Source: Balanoglossus misakiensis
Taxonomy: Eukaryota; Animalia; Hemichordata
Direction of reading: 5' to 3'
NCBI GenBank assembly: GCA_040954595.2
Contig: CM082584.2
Coordinates: forward strand, 11,932,552 to 11,996,551
DNA length: 64,000 bases
Each line of letters begins with the position of its first letter. Within the stretch, counting starts at the first letter, position 1. The translations under genes were made by a program, and so were the position numbers. This document shows, in pieces, positions 1-11,100 of this stretch. Below the pieces are notes generated by a model. It was not told where the DNA came from and did not search any database. It saw only the letters and a program-made list of their open reading frames with translations.

Positions 1-519
1 TTGCGCTTGTCGTTTACGTCTTTGTATAGTTATTGAGGGTGAATAAGCGTCGACAATTTTATGAATATGAAATTTTATCAGTCGGTTTTTATATTCTACG
101 CACAATTGTGGCCATTGGACCGATCAATGCTTGACTTGATTTCAGGGATTAAGTATATGCACACGCATAATTCAAATCTGAATACTTCAAACATTGCTCA
201 TAGAACGCTGCGTGATCGGAATAATTCTACGCTGTAAATTTGCATAAATGCATAAATGCGTCATTACGCCGGATAAGAAGACACATAAAGTTTAGAGATG
301 GGGTGTTGAAATTTCTCGCATCTTGCGAAATGTCAAAGACAGGTCGGAATAATAAACCTGTTCCGACCAACGAGTCAGAGTACGTGTTTTAGGCTTTAAG
401 AGCAACTTTGGTATTAACTAGCGCAGATCAAAAGTAACCGAATCAGTTTCAACATCTTCTGTCACTTAAAAGTTTATTATGATTCGCGGTGACATAATGT
501 CGTTCTTTTTGACTTGCAG

Positions 520-3500
520 TGACTGTCTCAACAGAACATCACCACAGACTCGTGACGGATTTATTCAAACCAGACAGGTACGACACCATCGTAAGGCCGG
601 TGCTTGATAAGGACACTCCCACGGACATTGAAATGAAGCTTTTTGTTTCACAAGTGTTGGACATGGTAAGGATTAAAACATGAGCAAGTGAATATTGCAT
701 AACTATAAGACCTCAAAGAAAATCAATTTTGGCACTTTGTTGTGCTGTGCTTCAAATAAAAGTGTCCTGTTTTCGTGTCACGAAATTACCATCTTTTAAA
801 TATGCATTCCATCTCTTAATTCACAGGATGAGAGAAAACAAACTTTGAAAACTAACGTCTGGTTGACACTGGTAAGTTAACATGTCTCTCTCTCTTTCTA
901 TCTATCAATTTATCTATCTCCCGCCCTCTCTCATGTGAGTGCAAATACACTCATCAGACATCAGGTTCAATTATCATGTATATTTACGCGTAAGGAGGTA
1001 TTTAAACTGCTGGCATTCATGGCAATATGTCCTTCGCGCTCTTCAAATGCAACATTCTTCAATTCTCAAAAGTAATTACAAATAGATTGTTCGGTATTAA
1101 CAATTACCACTGACATGTTAACCAAGATAAATGCCACTATTAACTTACATTTTTGCACATTATCGAGGCAGATTGTAATTTTTTCTCACGTCTTAACAAA
1201 AGTGACGCGTGTTGTGGTCTGTCACACATTTACCGCTTTGACCATGATGGCGGGTAACTCGGTAGCAATTATGAAAGTGTTTTCGAACAACTGAACATCC
1301 GCCCAATTTGTCATTGCGCGGCTAACAAACCACAATTGCTCCGTCGTCTGACGAGACTGTTGAGCAAAGGAACTATCAGTAACCATTACAAACGTTTACT
1401 CGTGTAATTGCCAATTAGGAATAATTTATAGCGACATAGAAGAAGGAAAAAAAACGTTACAATCCACAGTCTCAGTCGCAGCCATTGTTAAACGGCTCAC
1501 ATACTATTTTTATGATTCACATTTTAAAGGAATGGTTTGATGAATTCATGGTGTGGTCCCCAGAAGACTACAACAATATAACCAACATAAAAGTGCCGTC
1601 AGAGAAACTATGGATGCCAGATTTAACACTTTATGACAAGTAAGTTCACGTGAAGGCGTTTATTTTTATTCACCCAAACTTTATCAATACAGTAATCGAT
1701 CGTCTGCGATGGATTATGATATTTACATGATCCTCCGCATCTGCTACAATCATTATATACAGATGCTTCCGTTAATACTTTTTAAGCATCCATAAAATAT
1801 GATTCTGGATTTTGTTCAGATCTTATGAAAATCTTGCTTTGTGTATGTACCCATGTGTCTCTTGTACAAGTGATTGAAGGCTTTCACAGAATGCGGACCA
1901 TATGGGTATGCCGCATGCTGATCGATTATAACAAAATCCTGTCCAGATGCCAACAAAAGCTACGTTATATTAGAGACAGTATAATACCGTATCCATGTTA
2001 ATTCATTTTACCGGTCACGTGATAAAATAAGTAGATAGAACCGGAGACAACACTCCGTCCGGCTTTGATTTCTGAATGCTGTCTTAGAGAAGAACAGATC
2101 TATCAGTGACAGTGTAAATGTGACTTTTACTATAAAGCTATTCACGGGATAAGAAAACGGATAACCGTATCTTGCGCCCCCTCGCAGGCTTGGACAACTA
2201 AACTTACATGTATAAACCATATACACTTTTTGAATGCTAACTAAGGAGTGTTGTATGATGTGACGTTCTTGTAGATGTTATCTGGCGTAACTCTGTGTGC
2301 GTCGTTAGAGATTTTCTCTAAGATTGACGTGATTTCCATGAAAATACAGACACTTGGGCCAGAGCTGCACGTGTGGTGTGTTCGATGTTTTTGTTTCGGT
2401 TTGTATTTTGTTTGTGGTTAGCGCTTTCATTTCTCGTGTTACTGGTCCCTTAGAAACATGCAATTTGATTTGGGAGAAACAGGAACACCATTTGAAATGA
2501 ATGACGTTTTTGGAAGATCACGTGATTGAACGTTGAAGATGGCAATCGCGAGCAGTACTGACGTCACGATGTGCACTTTTATTCACGTCCCTGCAATAAG
2601 GAGTTTTAGTTGTTTTCGTCTGTCGTCGGCAAACGAACCCCGCTTCTATGTCTACAAGCAAACTGACGCACCAAACCTTGCATAGACGTCATTTGATGGC
2701 TACCTTCAAGCCTCGACTGATACAAAAATGAATGCCTTAAAATTGCAATAACCTTGAAGCCTATATATGGTCCCTCCAGTGCAAATCAAAATTTTGATTG
2801 AAACAGAACTTGAAATAGTCGTACACAGAAAACGTTCGTAATTTGCCTTTTTTATGTTTACTTGAGTTGTAAACTTCTGATAAGTTTATACTTTCATGTT
2901 ATTTTTGCTTTGTGTTTTTATTTCACAGTGCAGCTGATAAGTATGAGAACGCTCTGAAAGGTCAAATATGCGTGCTCCATCATGATGGCATGATAAACTG
3001 GGCTGCCCCAGTCGTCTATCTTAGCTATTGCAAAATCAATGTCTTCTATTTCCCCTTTGACCTTCAACACTGCCCTCTAAAATTTGGTCCCTGGCAATAC
3101 GACGGGACCGAAGTGCGACTTAACGGAACAGGTAAATGAGCGTCACCGTGTGTGTTGTGGTTACTGTGCGTGTGGCAAGAAAAACACTGTTCCTCGTTGC
3201 GTTGCTGTCTCTCCGTAACTTGCATTTTTGTATATGTCTTTGTTTTCCACAGCGCCGCTGATAAATATGAGGGGTTTCTTAAAGGCCGCGGGAGGATAGC
3301 CGTGGTGTCCCACACGGGTTTGGTACACTGGGCCGCCCCAGTTATTTTCTTAAGCTACTGTAAAATCGGCGTGCGACTCTTTCCCTTCGATCGACAGCAA
3401 TGCCCCATGAAATTCGGTCCATGGCAATACAATGGGAACGAAGTTGCTTTAAACGGGACAGGTGAGTGGGAGGGCATACACGAAAAACCTTCGATTGTCA

Positions 3501-5655
3501 AACCCTTCCACGCATGCGTGAAAGTCATGCCTCATTCATTTCATCATGACCATCGACATGCATGATACACCCATGTCCGGGAAAGTGGCCGAACCCAGAC
3601 CATTCCGCATGCGCGGAAGAAAGCCTCTTTCCAACAGAAGTTAAGCGGCGAAGAATTACTAATCGTTAGATTAGAAATGGAAGCAATATTCGAAATATTA
3701 CTGTTAGCGGACAGATCTTTCTTTATTCTCATATTAGAGAAGCTTTCAGTCAAACTTTCGACGGATTCCAAGTCGTATACCGTGCACTGGTTTTGATGCG
3801 ATTATTTCACTCTATCAGAATTTGCGTGCCATCAGATATGACGCAAGCATGTTGGCACAATGCCAAACGACTCCTTCCGACTGGGATCATCGCTGTGATT
3901 TACGATGATTTACGATAAAGACGAGATAATTTCGCGGCATCAAATTCTCATTTATTATTCATTTTCCCGAACTTATGAGGAGCGCAGTTTCGCTTTGGAT
4001 TAGACAGCGAAACAGATTTGTGACAGTCGATGCAGCTGGGGCCACGGGGGCGACTTTAATATCAGTATGTTTGTCCCGTTCGTCTGTTATGTTGTAAATT
4101 CGTTTAGTTATATTAACTGTTGCGTCATGTTGCAATTTTCGTGAAGCGGGTCTCAGTATTCTACTGTATTGTTATATCTAAGTTAAACATACTGCAGGTA
4201 TATTTCATGTGTTAATAGATGTCTGCAGCGAGTGTGAGAAGTTTCCACAAAATGAAACGTCCATTATAATTCGGATAAGTCGCAATGTGTGCACGTGCAA
4301 GATGCGTACTTGACATGTGCGTGTGTGATGGATGCAAAAACCGATAACAACGATTCATCTTGCATGAATGTTTCCCTTGAATCATGGCATCAATATCATT
4401 CAGCTTCATCATTCTCTCATCTCTGTTTAACTTGCTTGTTTCATTCCCGTCAATGCTAACTAACCATCACGGGGGCAGGAATGTCTATCAACCATGCCTT
4501 CTGTACTCGACGTGAGCATCCATGTCTTAAGCGGTGTCACGCCTCCCCGCTCCCGGCAGTGTCGTTACAACCGCCGCCGAGCCATTAACCCTCCGCCGAA
4601 ATGTGACTTCCTCGATTCTTTGAACACTCACAGGTGACCGATCCGTCTTCAAGAGTGACGGCGAGTGGGAAATGGAGGATCTTCTGTCCTCCAGCAACGT
4701 GGAATTCTACCCAGACGCACCTGGGATCCCATACACCGACGTGTCCTACACAATCCTGTTCAGACGGCGGTCTCAATACTACATTTTTAATCTCATCATG
4801 CCCTGTGTCCTCATTTCCATAATCACGATGCTCAACTTCTTCCTTCCGGCGGACTCCGGGGAGAAGATAAGTCTTGGGATAACAGCGCTGCTTTCACTCA
4901 CAGTGTTTTTGCTTCTAATCGCCGAAACTATGCCTCCATCGAGTGAAGTCCCTATCATAGGTAGGCCTAATGTTTGAGTTAGCTTATGCGCATGAGCAAT
5001 GTTCTTCCATGGCAACATTTAGTTTTGATGTAACGTATCTGTCATTGCACGTTAATTTTAACTTGTCATGACATTTTGTTCCTTTTTAATAGGGCAGTAC
5101 TATGCTGCCACGATGGTGCTCGTGTCTCTGTCCCTGGTAATGACTGTCCTTGTCCTCAACCTACACTACAGAGGCCCTTCAAGCAAACCACTTCCGCGTT
5201 GGGTCAAGAAGATTGTCTTGGGTCACATGCAGCGCTTCCTCCTCGTTCGCAAGCAACCGGTGTTCAACGAGAACTTCCGGAAGAGCCGTCGCCGGATGAG
5301 GAAGAGAGACTCGAACCTCACCGAGTTCATCCCGTACACAGAGGACGACCGCGAGTCCCCACTGAACGGCATCAAGTTCGGCGGCAAGTTCAAGCACCGC
5401 GAGGCGGGCGGCAATTCGAACCACAGCGATAACATTGTGACTGTGGCCTCGACCGACCAGGTCATCCTCATGAGGCAGATTCTGAGGGAAATGAAAAGTA
5501 TTACCGCCAGATTCGACGACCAGGACAAAAAGGACTCCCTGCACGGGGACTGGAAACAGGTGGCCTCCGTCATCGACAGGGTGTTCATGATAATCTACAT
5601 CATGGGAACAGTGTGCACGGTCGCGTTCATCTCCATGAACATTCCCCTCGCATAG
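520..5655 (+). CDS. Nicotinic acetylcholine receptor-like (Cys-loop, alpha9/10-like exon structure, non-alpha loop C) subunit gene 1; signal-peptide exon not found in window
   Basis: Exons with GT-AG sites: 520-665 (HRLVTDLF..YDTIVRPV..VSQVLDM), 827-871 (DERKQTLKTNVWLTL), 1530-1639 (EWFDEFMVWSP..LWMPDLTLYDN), 2929-3131 or 3253-3461 (Cys-loop C-x13-C, FPFD, GPWQY), 4634-4960 (loop C, TM1, GEKISLGITALLSLTVF TM2), 5093-5655 (TM3, DWKQVASVIDR, TM4, TAG). Phases are compatible. Confidence 0.95.
2929..3131 (+). CDS. nAChR gene 1 alternative ligand-binding exon copy A (203 nt)
   Basis: tttcacAG|TGCAGCTGATAAG ... AACGGAACAG|GTaaat; encodes AADKYENALKGQICVLHHDGMINWAAPVVYLSYCKINVFYFPFDLQHCPLKFGPWQYDGTEVRLNGT. 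Confidence 0.9.
3253..3461 (+). CDS. nAChR gene 1 alternative ligand-binding exon copy B (209 nt)
   Basis: ttccacAG|CGCCGCTGATAAA ... AACGGGACAG|GTgagt; encodes AADKYEGFLKGRGRIAVVSHTGLVHWAAPVIFLSYCKIGVRLFPFDRQQCPMKFGPWQYNGNEVALNGT; same intron phases as copy A. Confidence 0.88.
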
Positions 5656-7148
5656 TTTTATCACCCATCGTCACATCTTCGTCACGTGATCTGACGCCAT
5701 CTGCATGCGGAATGACTTTTATCCAAGCGTGAAGGTACGAACGGGGACTCGGACCCACTTCATCCGACTCATGCGCGACAACCGACCGGCTTTCAGTCTC
5801 CAACTTGGGCGGTCCACATGCCACGAGGTGCGTGATGTATTTTCTGCTCTCTAAAAGCTGTTTGGATTATTGGAATCCTCGGCGCCCACCTTATCTCACG
5901 TGGATCGTATACATAACAATAAAAATGGTGTCGGTGACTCTTACGACTTAGACTCTTGGGATTCGACCTGGATTCTGGTTTTGTACTCAATCCAACATTT
6001 CGGTTTGGACGAGACCAGGGGTTTCTTTGTATCTGGCATGGTGACTAGAAAAAGACCATAACGCCAAAACTGTGTGCCTGGACATGAGGAGTTATTCTCA
6101 GACTGTACAGTAATATATAATAACAATTCGAGTATGTCAACTTGCCAGTGTTATTGTTGTTTGATTTAATTTGAAGCTTGCATCCTCGGAAACGAAAATA
6201 CGACCGACACAATCACTTAGGCCCCTAGGCCTAAGATCGAATATGATTCAAGAGCAGCTTTTAAATTTTGTTAGGAACAAACGATCTTAGCTTATTTATA
6301 CTTAGCATACGGTCATTCGTATCCATAAAAGGTTATTTTAAATAGCGTGAGGATTGTGTTTATTGCGAAAAAGAATGTACATAGACTTTATTCGAATATT
6401 CGTGCTTCGGGAGCAAGCAGCCATCTTGTGACGTCGCTATGGTCACATATGTGCGCATGCGTTGTCAGAATATGGTTCCCTCCAAGTTGCAGGCTTCCAC
6501 CCAACAACAGCACTTTTGACTTGTAGGTTTAGACTCGTCATCGGGCTATCGTCGTATGCCTACGAACGAGACCACGAATGACTGCGATGGAATCGCATGA
6601 AATCGAAAGATAGCACCCTTTGACCTTTTTTTCGGAAAACCACTTCTCCGTCGACACTTTTCGTCGTCAAGCGGTTGATTTTCAGGTGGTAGGAAAATGT
6701 ACCTGTAGAGCATATGAATACTTTTTTGTATGCAATATTGTATGAAAATGTATAGAATCGAAAATATGAAGATATATGGAATAGAGAAAAAAGCAAAGTG
6801 CGGATCCGATTTGTCCGCGGGACAGCGCACATTCAAAAAGCAATACGAACAGATATGTACATGTAACTGGGGCTTTAGCAAAACAGGTAGTAATAGGGCC
6901 TACATGGGATTTCTGGAGACAAGCAAACAATATGGCTGCTTTCAAAAATAAATACGCATGCTGTAATTTTGATTAATACCACGTTTAGCTTTACTCACAA
7001 ATATGTAAGTTGAAACATTTTGTATATATTTAACAGAAATATTTATTTCTAATGGCTCACTAATAAGTGCTTTCAACAGGACCGAGTGTCGGTTTTCAGG
7101 AACATAGCCTAGTAAACAAGTGCGTGCGCGTTTCCTATTGTTCCCGTT

Positions 7149-7345
7149 TTAAGGTAGAACGCGCCAGGGTCAGATTTTCATAAAAATATATAATCATTCA
7201 AAGCTTCCAATTATTTGGTGTGGGGAGTCTTTTTGAAAACAGAGAAGAAAACTGGGTGTTCACCGTCTTGTTTTCATTAAATCCGCTACCTTAATTTTTT
7301 CTTCCATATATAGACATAACACCGAGATAAGCGGCCATTTTGAAT
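7149..7345 (+). mobile_element. Dispersed repeat / non-autonomous DNA-element end (TTAA|GGTAG...), copy 1
   Basis: Aligns by eye to the reverse complement of 18696-18861 (GTAGaACGCgCC, TTTTTGAAA, GTGTTCA..GTCTT, GACATAACA, GCGGCCATTTTGAAT); starts at TTAA. Confidence 0.55.
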
Positions 7346-8191
7346 GCCGAACACACACATATAAAAACACGTGACAATTCTTTTCGGTCGAATGTGACAT
7401 CGGGTATATGAGGATATACACATGGCCTTTAATCAAATTTAATTCAGATCGTCGAATTTACTTAGCCATGTGCGTGTGAAGCAAATAAAGACTTTTACCT
7501 GAGTTCATAATGTGTTGATTTTGAATGATTTGATGAGACGCCCCGCGTAGGGTGCAACAGGTTATCACGCTATACCATCCGTGCATTCGAAATTTGCATA
7601 TTCGTCAGGGAATGTGACTGTTTATTCAAATTAGCAGCGTTACATAACGTTTCATAATCGTCGGTCATTTGAAAGTGTGAGAGTTTTGAATACTAAGAAC
7701 AGACGTTGTCACTGTGTAACCTCAGGATGTGTTTCTGGATCAATTGTGTATTACGCACGTAACTACAAAAGGAAACAACACGTGTTAGTCATTTCCTTGA
7801 ATACGTTGGACGAACTCCGGAAGCGGAAGAAGATGTTACACCTGGGATTAAAACGGCGACATTACGAATTCTGGTGAGAGCGACACTTGGATTGTTGTGA
7901 CCTCGAAAAATCAATCGCCGTTGTTGTTCGAATGCATGCATTCATATTCACCGTGTTTTTGGCTGCCCTACAGGGGTCAGTGCGCCTCATGCATTGCTCT
8001 TCTACAAGATCCTCATTTTGATGTTTACCCATATTCCATTACATACGCCAAACTCTCTCTTCTTCGTTTCGGACGAATGCTCTCCAAAATTACTCTTAAA
8101 TCGACAGGTATTCTTGAAAGATTCTCCACGAAACCCAGGAAATGAGACTTTCCGGCGCCCCTATATGACGAGTAAGTGGAGCGCGGGGAAT

Positions 8192-11100
8192 ATGTATAAT
8201 GTGGCAGGGTATCTATCGAGTCATCTCTTAATAATTGTCGGTCTCCTGACGATTCTGATTTTTATCATTCAATGGCAACTCTCACTGCCGTCAAATACCG
8301 GATGTAAATATTTGCTCTTTCCGATATCTTTTTTTCTTATGGGACAGACTGGGCAATGAAACATTTCGCGGGGATATAACCGGTGACATAAACTGAAGAT
8401 TCTTATCTCAGACTGCCAATTTCGATGCCCCATGTAAAAAGAAAATGTCTTTATTCGATTCCCGACTGCAATGGCATTTTGAATGCAAACAATAATTGAT
8501 CAATTCCATGAATGTTTGTTGGTAACTCCGCGATAAAGCTCAAGGATCGTGAATAATGTAATAACGGAATCATTCCAGCCAACCTTTAATTGTCGTTTCT
8601 CCGCAGAATGGGTTTACCCCATTCATCCATTCATGAAGGGGTGCCATGTTACTTGTACCCCAACGATATGTTTTTCAAAGCAAAATCGTTTTCAAAGACT
8701 GAATTTTTCTTACGGTGTGAAATTTAGCTCAAATCGTCATATGATATACAGCGCCACCTTAAGTCAAAAATTATATTATTTCATTGCCCCATGGGTAAGT
8801 GGAATTTGAATTCAGATTTTTCGCCAGAAATGCTTACTTCATAAACAAGCATACTAGGTAACGAGACGACATTTACCGTCAATAAAAGTTACCAGCGCGT
8901 GCAATAGTCATCCATGATGTCGCCATCATGAAAAAATAACGTCAACATCATAAAGGCAGACAAATAATCCTTAGTTTATGACGTATACGGTCGCTAATAA
9001 CTAATAAAACAACTCGTTGTTATACCCCAAAAAATTATGGAAGAGATGAAAACGAGAAAACCCATAGATATATCTCACTGGTTTTATGGTTATGAGATTC
9101 TGAAGTGCTTAAAAGGTTCATCTGTATGCGTCAAATGGTGTTACCGGATGGACATGGTCCATCAGCGCAAATACTGTGCAGGTGAAAGTTATATAATGAA
9201 AGAAACAATAACGCTGGAATGGAGATCAAAGAATCTTTCTCTTCCCTATTCTAAAAGTGACCCACAAATCAAAAGCATAGAATGTCAAATTTATGACTTT
9301 CGTTTATCAATAATGATAGTTTTAATATCACTATTAGCAAGGTGTCGCATATGATGTCACGCCGCGACTTAATTTACAGTGTTTGGTCAGCAACAAAGCT
9401 GTTCAATAAAATCATGAACGATTTCGGATTAGTTGAATTGTATGAAAGCGATAGTGTTAGTTTAAATGATACACGCATAGCGGACGGTGAGTTTGTCACG
9501 TTCTTGTCTGATTCGCAAAATTATGAAAGTATTATCTGTTAAAAAATAAATGAAATGTTTTCATAAGGATCTCCAAGTTACAATTGGTACTTTATCTCCT
9601 AATGCAACAGATGGCATATCTGTGCCAAATCGTTTGCTGATAATGCAAGCGCAAATGACTTGCGTACATATTGGCAGTAATCTGATTCTAGAAAATCCGT
9701 GCCCAAATTGAGAACTGTTCTTCAGCAGGGAGGCGTGTGAATAGGACAAAACATCTGTAAAATATTCTGACCACCAGGTGTTCAGGATGTATGTGTGCCC
9801 AGTTCACAGGTGATTATTAGATAATATGTAAATCAAAACAGATTGAAATTCCTGGCTGCCAGTAATGGTGCAGCTTAGGCCTGGTTGTCGTATATATCAT
9901 GCCTTGGACACAGAGAAAATTTGAAACATATCCCGTTTGCTTTCCTTTTAGACTTTAATGGAATTTGGTTGTGATTTATTAGAGTGTTGGTCGATATTTA
10001 TGGAATACGAAAACAAGAAATGATAAAAAGCTCTTCAATCGCGATGTATATACACGTTGACAAGTGCTGGTGATTGAATGTCTAACGCATCTGCCAAACA
10101 GAAAGATGACAACACTCCAAGTAATTGCAGTGACGTCCGAATCACGTGTTATCGTGGGAGAAACGCGCACAATTCCTCTCAATCAATTCACATCAGCCTT
10201 AATATTGTGCTTATTTAACCAATGAAAACGGCTATTTACCCTGCCTTTGTCTCTTTTAATGACATGTTTCCGCGCGTAAATTTGTGATATCGATTAATCT
10301 TAGGTATTTCAAAATCCGCACGGGCCAAAGGTGTTCCGTGTAACATGTGTTAAAGGGAGGCATTTCAATTATTTTCCCTTTTAAAGCAAAATCGTTTTTT
10401 TTTTCTTGCCCAATTATGTCTGTCCAACTGATGTGAGGTATCGAAACGAACAGATTGGATAATTGAATCCAGTCGTGATGCTGTAGATGCACTAAAATGG
10501 AGAGGGCAGACTCAATGCGTTGACATCAGTTTTTCATCAATTCCGCTTTTATTACTCACAAGCAGCACACCCAGCTGTGAACAATTTTCCACCCACCTAG
10601 GGGGTCCGACCAGCATCGCCCGCAACTGTCGCGAATTTCATCTGGACCGTCTACCTGAACAACGCAGCGTTTATTACGCCATCTACAAAGGAGACGTTTA
10701 CACTGTGTCCGGTTTTTTCCCCTCGCAACTGTCAATTTTACTGTCGTCTGCGCGACAAACATGCGGAATGTTTCCAGTAGGACTGTGATCGGTGCCCAGA
10801 TCTAATAAAAAGACGAACAGGAGAAAACTGATAGGCTTGTCAAGTGAGTGAGCGCGAGCAGAAAGTGATTGACGCGGGAAACAAGAATTGGCGCAGAAGT
10901 TCTGAGGAATGTGGCCAGTGAACACATATCCGTTGCTGTTCTTGCTCATAATTTTTCTCGGCGCTTTTTTCAAAGGTGGGTACAGTACCTCTTTTAACAT
11001 CATCTATCGTCTGAACTACACAGCAAATTAAACAGTGTAGCATTTACTAACGTTACCGTTTCCCGGCCGTTTGTCTTGTCTGAATCCTGCCAGACCCACT

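Noticed and set aside
5076-5664. Alternative-frame and antisense ORFs over the last nAChR exon (likewise 30052-30744)
   Set aside because: Shadows of a GC3-rich real coding exon.
6216-6235. Small hairpin CTTAGGCC..GGCCTAAG
   Set aside because: An 8-bp stem is expected by chance in 64 kb; no supporting context.
6546-6951. Cluster of overlapping 70-110 aa ORFs
   Set aside because: No recognisable motifs or splice-consistent structure; probably repeat-derived or intergenic.
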